Source: Sedimenticolaceae bacterium (lineage in GTDB: Bacteria; Pseudomonadota; Gammaproteobacteria; Chromatiales; Chromatiaceae). From it: a DNA stretch of 64,000 nucleotides. Shown one piece after another: positions 28,604-39,034 of the stretch (position 1 is its first letter; the number at the start of each line of letters is the position of its first letter). The stretch is taken from assembly GCA_965659945.1 (NCBI GenBank), contig CBFHYJ010000003.1, forward strand, positions 2,222-66,221, in the 5' to 3' direction. A model generated the notes under the pieces. That model had not been told where the DNA came from. It saw only the letters and a list, made by a program, of their open reading frames with translations, and made no database searches. The translations under genes were made by a program, and so were the position numbers.

Positions 28604-29583
28604 GCCAAGCGCTTGCGCTGACTCCCGGCGAACCAGCCGGCATTGGTCCTGACCTGGTTGTCAGCTGTGCTCAGCAAGCACATAACCGCCCAATCGTAGC
28701 GATTGCTGACCCTGATCTACTCACCAAGCGCGCCGAACAACTCGGTCTAAAATTCCAAGCGATTCCCTATCAAGGACAGACTGAATCTGCAGCCCCAGGC
28801 TCCCTGTATGTGCACGAAATAAAGCTGCGCGATGACGTCACCACAGGCGAGCTAAATCCAAACAACAGTGCTTATGTACTCGACACTTTGCGGCATGCCG
28901 CACAAGGCTGTGTCGATGGCACTTACGCCGGCATGATTACCGCACCCGTGCACAAAGGCATCATTAACCAAGCCGGTATTGCGTTTAGCGGACATACCGA
29001 GTTCCTTGCGGAAATCAGTGGCGGCCATCCAGTGATGATGCTCGCCTGCCCTGGCCTACGCGTAGCACTCGCCACCACGCATTTAGCGTTAAAAGATGTG
29101 CCTGCAGCGATTACGCCAGACGTGCTTACTTTGGTGATCAATGCACTCGATAAAGATCTTCGCGAACGCTTTGGTATTAGCCAGCCAAATATCTTGGTAT
29201 GTGGTCTTAACCCGCATGCTGGTGAAGATGGCTATCTTGGTCGTGAAGAGATTGAGGTTATCGAGCCAACACTCGCAGAGCTCCGCACTCGCGGCATTCA
29301 ACTCAGTAAGCCACTGCCTGCTGATACCTTATTTACACCACGTCATCTCGTCGAAGCCGACGCCGTTCTCGCGATGTATCACGATCAAGGATTGCCGGTG
29401 CTCAAACACATGGGCTTTGGTCATGCGGTAAACATCACCTTAGGCCTTCCCATAGTGCGCACCTCAGTTGATCACGGCACCGCTCTCGATCTTGCAGGCA
29501 CTGGCAAGGCCGATATGGGTAGCTTGACGGCCGCGATTGAGCAAGCGGTACTGATGACCAGCGATCATACGTCTAACGACTAA
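28600..29583 (+). CDS. pdxA: 4-hydroxythreonine-4-phosphate dehydrogenase
   Basis: 327 aa. Motifs GHTEFLAE and NPHAGEDGYLGREE are characteristic of PdxA. ATGA overlap with surA. Confidence 0.93.
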   Translation: MSQALALTPGEPAGIGPDLVVSCAQQAHNRPIVAIADPDLLTKRAEQLGLKFQAIPYQGQTESAAPGSLYVHEIKLRDDVTTGELNPNNSAYVLDTLRHAAQGCVDGTYAGMITAPVHKGIINQAGIAFSGHTEFLAEISGGHPVMMLACPGLRVALATTHLALKDVPAAITPDVLTLVINALDKDLRERFGISQPNILVCGLNPHAGEDGYLGREEIEVIEPTLAELRTRGIQLSKPLPADTLFTPRHLVEADAVLAMYHDQGLPVLKHMGFGHAVNITLGLPIVRTSVDHGTALDLAGTGKADMGSLTAAIEQAVLMTSDHTSND

Positions 29584-29656
29584 ACCCTGAACGCTATCGG
29601 CTTGCTTTTACACGCAAGTCCTTTTACTTTGCAGTTATTCACTTTAGGTAAGTAGT

Positions 29657-30040
29657 ATGTCTGAGATTGATAACGCACAGATCGATATTGATGTTGTCAC
29701 CTACTACATCTCTGAGCAGTCCGACCCAACCGTCGACCGCTATGTCTTTGCCTACACCATCACCATTAATAATCGTGGTGCCACCCCAGCAAAGTTACTC
29801 AATCGTCATTGGTTGATCACCGATGCCAACGGTAAAGTCCAAGAAGTACGCGGCGAAGGCGTAGTTGGCGAGCAGCCGCACCTCAATCCTGGTGAGCATT
29901 TTGAATACACTAGCGGTGCCGTGCTTGAAACCCCAGTTGGCGTGATGGAAGGTGAATACGAAATGGTAACTGATGAAGGTGATACCTTCTTAGCGCCGAT
30001 TGATCGCTTCTCATTAGCTATCCCGCGAACGTTGCACTAA
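29657..30040 (+). CDS. apaG: ApaG (DUF525) protein
   Basis: 127 aa. RYVFAYTITINN, HWLITDANGK.QEVRGEGVVGEQP and YTSGAVLETPVG.MEG.YEM closely parallel E. coli ApaG. Confidence 0.9.
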   Translation: MSEIDNAQIDIDVVTYYISEQSDPTVDRYVFAYTITINNRGATPAKLLNRHWLITDANGKVQEVRGEGVVGEQPHLNPGEHFEYTSGAVLETPVGVMEGEYEMVTDEGDTFLAPIDRFSLAIPRTLH

Positions 30041-30876
30041 TGACGACCTACGCGATCGGTGATATCCAAGGTTGTTACGACGAGCTAATCGTATTGCTAG
30101 ACCAGATTAACTTCGCCCCCGAACAAGACCATCTGTGGTTTGTTGGGGACTTGGTGAATCGCGGTCCAAAATCACTTGAGACCCTACGCTACCTGAAATC
30201 ACTTGGTGATCGTGTCACTTGCGTCTGGGGAAATCACGATCTGCATTTGTTAGCCATCGCCTTTGGCAATGACAGCAAAGCGCACAAAGGTGAAACACTC
30301 AACGCCATACTCAATGCGCCAGATCGTGATGAACTCATCGAATGGTTACGCCAACAAAAACTAGCGCATTATGATGTCGAGCTCGGCTACGGCATGGTGC
30401 ATGCCGGCTTAAGTCCTGAATGGAGCTTTGATGAGGCGCTTAGTTATGCCGCAGAAGTTGAAGACATTATTCATGGCGACGATGCAGTCGACTTCTTTGC
30501 CGACATGTATGGCAGCAAACCGAATCACTGGGATCCCACATTAAGTGGAATGGACCGTCATCGTTACATCACTAACTGTTTTACGCGCCTACGTTACTGT
30601 AAAGCCGATGGCAGTTTTTCGATGAAAGAGAAACTCGCGCCCGAGCAGATTGACGATAAAAAGTTAACCCCTTGGTTCCAACATCCGCAACGCCAAAGCA
30701 GCGACACACGCATCATCTTTGGTCATTGGTCGACGCTGGGCTATCGCCATCAAAATAATGTGTGGGCTATCGATAGCGGCTGCTTATGGGGCGGGAAACT
30801 CACGGCGATTGCCTTAGAGAAAGATCAGCCAAAACCTATTCATCTCGACTGTCGAACTAACTTCTCGATCAGCTAA
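30040..30876 (+). CDS. apaH: Bis(5'-nucleosyl)-tetraphosphatase, symmetrical
   Basis: 278 aa. Metallophosphatase motifs YAIGDIQGCYDEL, GDLVNRGP and GNHDLHLL. It follows apaG with a 1-nt overlap. Confidence 0.92.
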   Translation: MTTYAIGDIQGCYDELIVLLDQINFAPEQDHLWFVGDLVNRGPKSLETLRYLKSLGDRVTCVWGNHDLHLLAIAFGNDSKAHKGETLNAILNAPDRDELIEWLRQQKLAHYDVELGYGMVHAGLSPEWSFDEALSYAAEVEDIIHGDDAVDFFADMYGSKPNHWDPTLSGMDRHRYITNCFTRLRYCKADGSFSMKEKLAPEQIDDKKLTPWFQHPQRQSSDTRIIFGHWSTLGYRHQNNVWAIDSGCLWGGKLTAIALEKDQPKPIHLDCRTNFSIS

Positions 30877-30879
30877 TGC

Positions 30880-31689
30880 TTAGCTGAGCTTCTTGCTCCT
30901 CGACATGTTGCGGCCGTAGAAAATTTCTAGCATCTCATGACGTAGCTTATTTGAAATCTCACGTTGCTCTTTTGGTGCCACATCATCAATGTCGGTACCA
31001 AACATATACGAGTTCAAATTGAAGTCTTTCAGCATCATCTTAGTGTGGAAGATGTTTTCTTGATAAACGTTTACATCCACCATCTGATAACGCTCACGTG
31101 TATCGCGGGCTAAGAAGTTTTGAATCGAATTAATCTTATGATCGATATAGTGCTTCTTGCCATTTACATCGCGAGTAAAGCCGCGCACGCGGTAGTCCAT
31201 GATCACGATCTCTGAATCAAACTGGTGAAGTAGATAGTTCAACGCTTTCAAGGGCGAGATACGACCACAGGTTGATACATCAATATCCACACGGAAGGTT
31301 GAGATACCGTTATCCGGATGACTTTCAGGATAGGTGTGAACCGTTAAGTGCGACTTATCTAAATGACCCACAATCGCATCAGGTAACGGACCTGGCGCCT
31401 CTGAGTTAGATAGCTCTTCAGCCACAACCGGCTCTTCAGAAATCAAGATGGTGACTGACGCACCACTAGGCTCATAGTCTTGACGTGCAATATTCAAAAT
31501 GTTCGCGCCAATGATGTCACTTACATCGCGAAGAATCTTAGTCAAGCGATCCGCGTTGTACTCTTCATCGATATATTTGATGTAAGCCTCTTCCTCTTCA
31601 GGCGAATTCGCATAGTTAATATCGTAGATATTAAAGCTTAAGGTTTTGGTCAGATTGTTAAAGCCGTGAAGCATCATGCGTTTTTTCAT
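30880..31689 (-). CDS. speD: S-adenosylmethionine decarboxylase proenzyme (E. coli type)
   Basis: 269 aa, near-collinear with E. coli SpeD. Motifs: [51 protein letters not shown] and [13 protein letters not shown]. Confidence 0.93.
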   Translation of the reverse strand: MKKRMMLHGFNNLTKTLSFNIYDINYANSPEEEEAYIKYIDEEYNADRLTKILRDVSDIIGANILNIARQDYEPSGASVTILISEEPVVAEELSNSEAPGPLPDAIVGHLDKSHLTVHTYPESHPDNGISTFRVDIDVSTCGRISPLKALNYLLHQFDSEIVIMDYRVRGFTRDVNGKKHYIDHKINSIQNFLARDTRERYQMVDVNVYQENIFHTKMMLKDFNLNSYMFGTDIDDVAPKEQREISNKLRHEMLEIFYGRNMSRSKKLS

Positions 31690-31766
31690 CGACCAAAACT
31701 CCTGTTTAGAGGAAAAAGGATGGGCAAGTTAGCGTAAAAAGCCCCTTGGTAAAAGTAAAAAGTCGT

Positions 31767-32177
31767 TTAAACGATCTCAAAACTGTGTGTGATTTCCGCC
31801 ATCGCGCCCAGCATGATCGATGCAGAACAATACTTTTCTGCACTCATCTTCACAGCGCGCTCAACCGCCGCTTCAGGTAGCTCAGCACCACCAACACGAA
31901 AGTGCGCATGGATCTTAGTGAAAACCTTAGGCTCTTTCTCAGCGCGCTCTGCGGTCAGTCCTACTTCACACGAGCTCACTTCATGGCGACCACGTTTAAG
32001 AATGTGAATGACATCGATTTCGCTACAACCGCCCATACCGAGCAGGAGCATCTCCATCGGACGAATACCCAAATTACGACCACCAAGATCTTCAGGGCCA
32101 TCCATCACAACCGCATGACCCGAAGGCGACTCAGCCACCATCATCATGCCGTCAATCCATTTCACTGTCGCTTTCAT
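31767..32177 (-). CDS. OsmC/Ohr-family protein
   Basis: 136 aa. MEMLLLGMGGCSEIDVIHILKR and the C-terminal EKYCSASIML cysteine motif are typical of the OsmC family. Confidence 0.8.
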   Translation of the reverse strand: MKATVKWIDGMMMVAESPSGHAVVMDGPEDLGGRNLGIRPMEMLLLGMGGCSEIDVIHILKRGRHEVSSCEVGLTAERAEKEPKVFTKIHAHFRVGGAELPEAAVERAVKMSAEKYCSASIMLGAMAEITHSFEIV

Positions 32178-32189
32178 AACGATTCTCTC

Positions 32190-32987
32190 TCAAGCAAACA
32201 AAGCCGCTAATTTTTCACCCGGCTCATCAGCGCGCATAAAGGCTTCGCCAACCAAGAAGGCGTTTACATTGTGCTCACGCATCAACGCCACATCTTCAGG
32301 TGCATGAATACCACTTTCGGTGACGACCAAACGGTCATCTGAAATTGAAGTCAACAAATCCAATGTCGTCTGTAGCGAGACATCGAATGTACGTAGGTTA
32401 CGGTTATTGATACCAATCATCGGATTAGGTACTTTCAGCGCACGCTCCAACTCTTCAGCATCATGCACCTCAATCAAAACATCCATACCCAACTTCATGG
32501 CTAAGGCATTTAAATCTGCAAGCTGACGATCAGTTAAGCACGCCACGATCAATAAGATGCAATCCGCACTCATCGCACGCGCTTCATAAATCTGATAAGA
32601 ATCAACTATAAAATCTTTACGAATCACTGGCAGTGAACAGGCTGCGCGTGCTTGCTTTAGATACGCATCACCACCTTGGAAAAAGTCGACGTCAGTCAGC
32701 ACCGATAAGCACGCTGCGCCATGATCGGCATAGCTCTTAGCAATCTCAGCGGGCACAAAGTGCTCACGTAATACGCCTTTAGATGGAGATGCTTTTTTAA
32801 TCTCTGAGATAACACCCGATTGCCCTGCTACAATTTTATCTTTCAACGATTGCACAAAGCCGCGTGGCGCATCTGCATCATCAAGCTTTGCTTTTAACTG
32901 ATCAAGCGAAACGCTCGCTAATCGCTCATCAATCTCTTCGAGCTTGCGTGCAACAATCTTTTTTAAGATATCCGGCGTACCGCTCAT
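32190..32987 (-). CDS. trpC: Indole-3-glycerol phosphate synthase
   Basis: 265 aa. Motifs [21 protein letters not shown] and [11 protein letters not shown]. 4-nt overlap with trpD. Confidence 0.93.
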   Translation of the reverse strand: MSGTPDILKKIVARKLEEIDERLASVSLDQLKAKLDDADAPRGFVQSLKDKIVAGQSGVISEIKKASPSKGVLREHFVPAEIAKSYADHGAACLSVLTDVDFFQGGDAYLKQARAACSLPVIRKDFIVDSYQIYEARAMSADCILLIVACLTDRQLADLNALAMKLGMDVLIEVHDAEELERALKVPNPMIGINNRNLRTFDVSLQTTLDLLTSISDDRLVVTESGIHAPEDVALMREHNVNAFLVGEAFMRADEPGEKLAALFA

Positions 32988-34015
32988 GAATCCGCCTTAA
33001 AGGTTTGCGATAAAGCCGCAAGCTTTTCTAAGCGCGCCAAACCATCACCGCTATCGAGCACTTGCTGCGCTTTCTTCACGCCATCAGCTAAGCTGCCCGC
33101 AAGGCCTGACACATAAATAGCCGCACCTGCATTCATCGCAACGATATCGCGTGCAGGACCTTTCTCACCGCTCAACAAACCACGGATCATCGCCACGCTT
33201 TGATCTGGGCCATCGGCCTTAATGTAATCAATCGCCACACGCTGTAAATCAAACGCTTCAGGCTCAATCGTGTAGCGCGTGATCTCACCGTCTTTAAGCT
33301 CTGCCACATCGGTCACATCACCGATGCTGATTTCATCAAGACAATCGCGTGAATGCACCACCATCACATGGTTAGCACCCAGCTCTTTCAGCACATTAGC
33401 TAATGACTCGAGCAGCTCATCACTGAACACGCCCAGCACTAAATTCGGTACCCCCGCAGGATTGGTCAATGGACCCAACACATTAAAGACCGTACGTGCA
33501 GCCATTTCTTTACGTGGACCAATCGCGTGCTTCATGGCACTGTGATGACCTGGCGCAAACATAAAGCCCACACCGACCTCACGAACACATTGCTCAACTT
33601 GGTCACTACTTAACATCAAATTAATGCCAGCAGTTTCTAACGCATCCGCAGAACCTGACTTACTCGAAACTGAACGGTTACCGTGCTTTGCCACATGCGC
33701 ACCGGCAGCGGCAGCTACAAACATACTCGCCGTTGATACGTTAAAGGTACCTGACGCATCACCACCGGTACCGACGATATCCACTGCATGATCTAAGCCG
33801 CTGATATTGACGCCACTGGCAAGCTCACGCATCACCTTTGCGGCCGCCGCGATCTCAGTCACGGTTTCGCCTTTCATACGCAGGCCGATTAAGAAGCCAC
33901 CGATCTGCGCATCGGTTGCACCGCCAGTCATGATGGTGGTCATCACTTCGGTCATCTCTGACGAGTTCAGATCTTGGCGTTGTAATACTGCATTAATCGC
34001 TTGAGACATATTCAT
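32984..34015 (-). CDS. trpD: Anthranilate phosphoribosyltransferase
   Basis: 343 aa. Motifs [33 protein letters not shown] and [12 protein letters not shown]. Confidence 0.95.
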   Translation of the reverse strand: MNMSQAINAVLQRQDLNSSEMTEVMTTIMTGGATDAQIGGFLIGLRMKGETVTEIAAAAKVMRELASGVNISGLDHAVDIVGTGGDASGTFNVSTASMFVAAAAGAHVAKHGNRSVSSKSGSADALETAGINLMLSSDQVEQCVREVGVGFMFAPGHHSAMKHAIGPRKEMAARTVFNVLGPLTNPAGVPNLVLGVFSDELLESLANVLKELGANHVMVVHSRDCLDEISIGDVTDVAELKDGEITRYTIEPEAFDLQRVAIDYIKADGPDQSVAMIRGLLSGEKGPARDIVAMNAGAAIYVSGLAGSLADGVKKAQQVLDSGDGLARLEKLAALSQTFKADS

Positions 34016-34051
34016 AACAAGCGTCCTCCTGCTTTTTTGATTTTATCAGGC

Positions 34052-34630
34052 CTAACGCCCGTCAATAAAATTCTTCAGCATGTCATGGCCATGCTCAGTC
34101 AAAATCGATTCAGGGTGGAACTGAACACCTTGAATATCTAAGGTCTTATGACGCACACCCATAATCTCATCACGCTTGCCGTTCACTTCTGTCCATGCTG
34201 TGACTTCTAGGCAATCAGGCAAGCTAGCCTGATCGATTACCAACGAGTGATAACGCGTCGCTAAGAAAGGATTCATCAAATCACTAAACACACCCGTGTT
34301 CGCATGATGAATGGGCGAGGTCTTGCCATGCATCACCTCGCGCGCATGCACAATCTGTCCACCAAAAGCTTGGCCAATCGACTGATGCCCCAAGCACACA
34401 CCCAAGATAGGCAACTTGCCGGCAAAGTGTTTAATCGCCTCTACCGAAATACCGGCTTCATGTGGCGTACAAGGTCCTGGCGAGATCACCAAGTGATCAG
34501 GCTTAAGCGCTTTGATCTGTTCGATGGTGATCTCGTCATTACGATAAACGCGCACATCGGCACCCAGCTCACCAAAGTACTGCACGATGTTGAAGGTGAA
34601 GGAATCATAGTTATCGATCATCAGTAACAT
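34052..34630 (-). CDS. trpG: Anthranilate synthase component II (glutamine amidotransferase)
   Basis: Track ORF 34052-34705. The conserved N-terminus [14 protein letters not shown] starts at ATG 34630. The catalytic Cys lies in ILGVCLGHQ. It lies 10 nt downstream of the trpE stop. Confidence 0.93.
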   Translation of the reverse strand: MLLMIDNYDSFTFNIVQYFGELGADVRVYRNDEITIEQIKALKPDHLVISPGPCTPHEAGISVEAIKHFAGKLPILGVCLGHQSIGQAFGGQIVHAREVMHGKTSPIHHANTGVFSDLMNPFLATRYHSLVIDQASLPDCLEVTAWTEVNGKRDEIMGVRHKTLDIQGVQFHPESILTEHGHDMLKNFIDGR

Positions 34631-34640
34631 AATCTTGTCC

Positions 34641-36131
34641 TCACTCTTCAATCGCTGACGACTCAAGGCCAGCTTCTGCCAAGGCCACGGCACGGAACAC
34701 CGCACGACCTTTATTCATGGTTTCTTTCCATTCCAGATCAGGAACCGAATCAGCTACCACGCCGGCACCGGCTTGAATGTTCAACTGACCGTCTTTAATC
34801 ACCGCGGTACGAATCGCAATCGCGGTATCCATATTGCCATTCCATGCCAGATAACCGACGGCACCCGAATACACGCCGCGCTTAACCGGCTCCAGCTCAT
34901 CGATGATTTCCATCGCACGAATCTTAGGCGCACCCGATACCGTTCCCGCCGGGAAGGTCGCACGTAAAACATCCATCGCACTCATCTTGTCACGCAACTG
35001 ACCGGTCACATTCGACACGATGTGCATCACGTGTGAATAACGCTCCACCACCATCTTATCGGTCAGCTTCACACTGCCCACTTCAGCCACACGACCGGCA
35101 TCGTTACGGCCTAAATCAATCAGCATCAAATGCTCAGCAAGCTCTTTAGGATCCGCTAACAGCTCTTGCTCAAGCGCAATATCTTCAGCGTCGTTATGAC
35201 CACGGCGGCGTGTGCCTGCGATTGGACGCACAGTGACCTCACCATCCTCCAAACGCACCAAGATCTCAGGTGATGAGCCAACAATCTGGAACTCGCCCAT
35301 TTCCATGAAGTACATGTACGGCGATGGGTTTAAGCCACGCAACGCACGATAAAGATCCATCGGCTGCGCATTAAACGGAATGCTTAAACGCTGCGACAAC
35401 ACGACCTGCATGCAATCACCATCAAGGATGTATTGCTTAATGCGATCAACCGCCGCTTTAAAACCACTCTCGGTAAAGCCTGAGACAAAGTCTGCTTCGC
35501 TAATCGTGCGCGCAGGCTTAGATGGCAAGCGTGGTGCCGCGTTTTGCATTGCGTCACTTATCTCGCGCATACGCGCTTGGACAGTGTCTAAGGTATCGCC
35601 ACGCTCAATGTTTGCGGTGACCACCAAATACATACGGCCGCGCAAATTATCAAATACCACGACCTCATCAGACACCATCATCATGATGTCCGGCGTGTTC
35701 AACGGATCAGCTTTCTCGGCGTTACGCAGCTTAGGCTCGATATATGCAATCGTGTCGTAACCAAAGTAACCGACCAAACCACCATGGAAGCGCGGTAAGT
35801 TATCCAGCTCTGGCACACGGAAGCGCGCCTTAAAGTCTTCGATGAACGCGAGCGGATCATCCACCTGATGCGTCTCAAACACCTCGGCGTCTGTTTCTAG
35901 AGTGATCGTTTTATCGCGAACCACCAAACGCTCACGGCATGGCAAACCAATAATCGAATAACGCCCCCACTTCTCACCGCCTTGGACTGACTCAAACAAA
36001 TAGCCATAAGGACCATCCACCAATTTCAGGTAGACGCTTAACGGGGTATCAAGATCGGCCAAAATCTCACAAGAAACCGGAATCCGGTTATAGCCCTCGG
36101 CCGTTAGGGCTTCAAATTTCTCAGGTGTCAT
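34641..36131 (-). CDS. trpE: Anthranilate synthase component I
   Basis: Motifs [32 protein letters not shown] and GAVGY. ATG 36131 (MTPEKFE...) is preferred over the track GTG 36137. Confidence 0.95.
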   Translation of the reverse strand: MTPEKFEALTAEGYNRIPVSCEILADLDTPLSVYLKLVDGPYGYLFESVQGGEKWGRYSIIGLPCRERLVVRDKTITLETDAEVFETHQVDDPLAFIEDFKARFRVPELDNLPRFHGGLVGYFGYDTIAYIEPKLRNAEKADPLNTPDIMMMVSDEVVVFDNLRGRMYLVVTANIERGDTLDTVQARMREISDAMQNAAPRLPSKPARTISEADFVSGFTESGFKAAVDRIKQYILDGDCMQVVLSQRLSIPFNAQPMDLYRALRGLNPSPYMYFMEMGEFQIVGSSPEILVRLEDGEVTVRPIAGTRRRGHNDAEDIALEQELLADPKELAEHLMLIDLGRNDAGRVAEVGSVKLTDKMVVERYSHVMHIVSNVTGQLRDKMSAMDVLRATFPAGTVSGAPKIRAMEIIDELEPVKRGVYSGAVGYLAWNGNMDTAIAIRTAVIKDGQLNIQAGAGVVADSVPDLEWKETMNKGRAVFRAVALAEAGLESSAIEE

Positions 36132-36385
36132 ACTCACTTCTCACAACATCCAAACACAACGACGTAACACGACTAGCGACGCCATCGCGCAGATGCAGCA
36201 GAACAACAGTGTGAGGTGGTTAAAACCATCGATAATAGACCCTAAAGATAGAGGCAGAACCTTATCCAAAAATGCCTGTTTTTCCAAGCATTTCAGTGCG
36301 TTTTTAGACAATCCTGCACAGCCTGAGCTGTTTCTGTGCCCCACTGCCCGTATACTGCACCCAGTATTAGAGAGAGACCCTCGAA

Positions 36386-36946
36386 ATGAAAAAAATTATC
36401 GCCCTTTCGCTACCCATGGCACTGCTCATCGCCAGCACCGCTGCGAACGCCTTTTGGGGTTACGACAGTCAACGCGCCCAAGCGCAAAGCTATAACGAAA
36501 ACCGCGGCAAAATTGATGGCCGTGGCAACGGTAGTGCCGAGATCGACATGGATTGCGACTGGGCAGCGAAAGGCAAAAGCGGCGGTAACGGTCTGTTTGA
36601 TGCCTTTGGCATGAACAATCAAAACGGTTGGTTCCAAAATACCCGTCCAAATGGACAGTATGTGCCGCGTAGCCAACGTCGTGCGCAAACAGATGCCAAT
36701 GTTAGTGGCGAAGGCCAGCTCGACCTCAACTGTGACTTCCGCGCTAAAGGTCTTGGCCAAGGCATGTTCCAAGGTCAGGGTAATCAACAACGCAATAACG
36801 GCTATCAGCAGCGAAACAACCACCAGCCTTCAGCGCCCTATCCGTACCAGTATCAATACGCACCGAATGGTTATCCTGGCTACCCCGCGCAGAACTATCC
36901 GCAAACCATGCCGTCATATCCTCCGAGTTATTACTACGGAAGATAA
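36386..36946 (+). CDS. Secreted low-complexity G/N/Q/Y-rich protein with two (I/L)D(M/L)xCD(W/F)xAKG motifs
   Basis: 186 aa. Signal peptide MKKIIALSLPMALLIASTAANA/FW. Repeats EIDMDCDWAAKG (nt 36539-36574) and QLDLNCDFRAKG (nt 36716-36751). The tail is PYPYQYQYAPNGYPGYPAQNYPQTMPSYPPSYYYGR. A cytochrome c gene follows 3 nt later. Confidence 0.6.
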   Translation: MKKIIALSLPMALLIASTAANAFWGYDSQRAQAQSYNENRGKIDGRGNGSAEIDMDCDWAAKGKSGGNGLFDAFGMNNQNGWFQNTRPNGQYVPRSQRRAQTDANVSGEGQLDLNCDFRAKGLGQGMFQGQGNQQRNNGYQQRNNHQPSAPYPYQYQYAPNGYPGYPAQNYPQTMPSYPPSYYYGR

Positions 36947-36949
36947 ATC

Positions 36950-37354
36950 GTGCTTAAACACGCCTGGGCTATTGGACTTTTATTGATTAGCAGCCTAGCC
37001 GAGGCGCGTTGGTATCAGCCCGAGCATGCCGAGCTGGGCAAACCGCTCTACGAAAAGCACTGTGCTAGCTGTCATGGCGCACAAGCTGAAGGCGCAAAAA
37101 ACTGGAACGAGCGTCAAGCTGATGGTCGCTTCCCACCACCGCCGTTAAATGGCTCAGCACATATGTGGCATCACCCACTGCCTAATCTGGTCGGCACGAT
37201 TCAATACGGTCAAGGCAACATGCCGGCATGGCAAGAGACACTTTCCATTCCGGAAAGCTTAGCAATCATCGCGTGGCTACAAAATTACTGGCCAGATGAT
37301 ATTTACAAAGCGTGGGAACAATTGAACGCTAGGGCAAGGAATAACGCCCAGTGA
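36950..37354 (+). CDS. Monoheme c-type cytochrome (class I-like), periplasmic
   Basis: GTG start with GGAAG 7 nt upstream. Signal-like AWAIGLLLISSLAEA, heme motif CASCHG and likely distal Met in GQGNMPAW. Confidence 0.8.
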   Translation: MLKHAWAIGLLLISSLAEARWYQPEHAELGKPLYEKHCASCHGAQAEGAKNWNERQADGRFPPPPLNGSAHMWHHPLPNLVGTIQYGQGNMPAWQETLSIPESLAIIAWLQNYWPDDIYKAWEQLNARARNNAQ

Positions 37355-37466
37355 TATCAATGCCATTTTGAAAAATAATCAAAATTAATCAAGTACCCTC
37401 TACACCGTGTCTAACAACGCATGAGGCATAATCGTCTTATCCACAACCGCATCAGCCGGATGATAA

Positions 37467-38135
37467 CTATAAAAGCGTTTTTAGCTCTTCCATCGAGTCG
37501 ATCACCGCATCTGGGTTGTAATTGCGGATATCTTCACCATGGTTGTAGCCATAGCTCATGCAGACAATCTGGAAGCCCGCATTACGCGCTGCGGTGACAT
37601 CACTTTTTGAGTCGCCAAGCATCAGCGAGTCTTCCGCGCCGACACCAAAATGCGCCGCCGCATGCAGCAAAGGCTGTGGGTCGGGCTTTTTCACCGGCAA
37701 GGTATCGCCAGAGACCACAATGCCGAATTCGTCATAGATACCGAGGCCTTTCAGCAAGGGGATGGTGAATTGCGCGTCTTTGTTAGTCACACAGCCAAGC
37801 AGATAGCCCTGCGACTTCATGTAATCCAAACCTTCGCGCACCCCCGGATATAAACATGAACGCTTCGAGGTGTTGTCTTTATACAGATCGAGGAAGATCG
37901 GATAGCCTTTAGCAAAATCTTCGTCACTTGGCTCGCCATCGAGTTGGCCAATTAATGCGCGTCTTGTTAGACGTTCGACACCGTTACCGACCCAATCGCG
38001 CACTTTCGACTCACCATGTGGCTCGCGACCCAGCGCTTTCACCATCTCATCCACGCAATACGCTAGATCCGGCACGCTATCGACTAAGGTGCCATCGACA
38101 TCAATCAGGATCATTTTTGGTTTACGTACTGCCAT
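37467..38135 (-). CDS. gph: Phosphoglycolate phosphatase (HAD family)
   Basis: 222 aa. Motif I is ILIDVDGTLVDSVPDL, later motifs VTNK and LMLGDSKSDVTAARNAG. It lies downstream of rpe, as in many gammaproteobacteria. Confidence 0.8.
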   Translation of the reverse strand: MAVRKPKMILIDVDGTLVDSVPDLAYCVDEMVKALGREPHGESKVRDWVGNGVERLTRRALIGQLDGEPSDEDFAKGYPIFLDLYKDNTSKRSCLYPGVREGLDYMKSQGYLLGCVTNKDAQFTIPLLKGLGIYDEFGIVVSGDTLPVKKPDPQPLLHAAAHFGVGAEDSLMLGDSKSDVTAARNAGFQIVCMSYGYNHGEDIRNYNPDAVIDSMEELKTLL

Positions 38136-38157
38136 AGAAGTCTCGGTGGTTTGATCA

Positions 38158-38186
38158 ATAAAAAAGGCGAGTCTACCCGACTCGCC
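38158..38186 (-). terminator. Intrinsic terminator between rpe and gph
   Basis: 8-bp stem GGCGAGTC / GACTCGCC (38166-38186) with loop TACCC. On the - strand it is followed by a T-run (complement of the A-run at 38157-38165). Confidence 0.7.
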
Positions 38187-38213
38187 TTTGTATTTTCCCG
38201 CTTTTTCGTCGGT

Positions 38214-38900
38214 TTAGGCGTTTGCCAGTTCCGCGCGGAATTGCTTCACGATGCTGTCGTACTTGTTCGCATCCGACTCGTTACGACCACCGAAGATGCC
38301 AGAACCAGAAACGAAGGTATCTGCACCTGCCGCTGCGATCGCTGCGATGTTGTCGGCTTTCACGCCACCGTCGATTTCCAAACGGATATCACGACCTGAG
38401 GCATCGATGATCTTGCGCGCTTCTTTCAGCTTATCCAGCGCTGAAGGGATAAAGCTTTGACCACCAAAACCTGGGTTAACCGACATCAATAGAATCATGT
38501 CGATCTTGTCGATCACGTAATCAAGGTAAGACAACGGCGTAGCTGGATTGAACACCAAGCCGGCTTTACAGCCTTCACTTTCGATCAACTGTAAGGTGCG
38601 GTCGATATGATCAGACGCTTCTGGATGGAAGGTGATGTAGGTTGCGCCCGCTTGTGCGAAGTCGCCAACAATACGATCGACTGGACTCACCATTAGGTGC
38701 ACGTCGATTGGTGCAGTAATACCGTGCTTGCGTAAGGCATCACATACCAAAGGACCGATGGTCAGGTTAGGCACATAGTGGTTGTCCATCACGTCGAAGT
38801 GAATGATGTCGCAACCTGATGCCAACACGTTGTCACATTCTTCACCGAGTTTGGCGAAGTCTGCAGAAAGGATTGATGGGGCGAGTGCGTAATCAGCCAT
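38214..38900 (-). CDS. rpe: Ribulose-phosphate 3-epimerase
   Basis: 228 aa. Motifs [29 protein letters not shown] and [13 protein letters not shown]. Confidence 0.95.
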   Translation of the reverse strand: MADYALAPSILSADFAKLGEECDNVLASGCDIIHFDVMDNHYVPNLTIGPLVCDALRKHGITAPIDVHLMVSPVDRIVGDFAQAGATYITFHPEASDHIDRTLQLIESEGCKAGLVFNPATPLSYLDYVIDKIDMILLMSVNPGFGGQSFIPSALDKLKEARKIIDASGRDIRLEIDGGVKADNIAAIAAAGADTFVSGSGIFGGRNESDANKYDSIVKQFRAELANA

Positions 38901-39034
38901 GCGTTTGCTCCATGCCGGAATTGTCCGGAAAAAAATAAGTTCTTTTTGCTCAAAAAAGAGCGCTTAATACGTTAAGTCGCGCCACTCTACCGGAAAGCGA
39001 CCCCTATTACAGCCACCCCCTTTGGGAGATATCT

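Noticed and set aside
30869-30887. Perfect 8-bp inverted repeat TCAGCTAA-TGC-TTAGCTGA containing both the apaH and speD stop codons
   Set aside because: It is short and AT-containing, with no flanking T-runs. It is probably a coincidence of two convergent TAA stops, or at most a weak bidirectional pause element. There is not enough evidence to call it a terminator.
36132-36385. Possible trp attenuator upstream of trpE: hairpin at 36265-36292, 67-aa ORF 36141-36344, and mini-ORFs MVLTTSHCCSAASARWRR and MASLVVLRRCVWML
   Set aside because: There are no tandem Trp codons, only single W codons. No terminator/antiterminator pair lies close to trpE. The hairpin overlaps a plausible sigma70 promoter on the - strand (TTGGAA-N17-TAAGGT, 36259-36287), so it is more likely promoter or operator sequence. 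The 67-aa ORF looks spurious.
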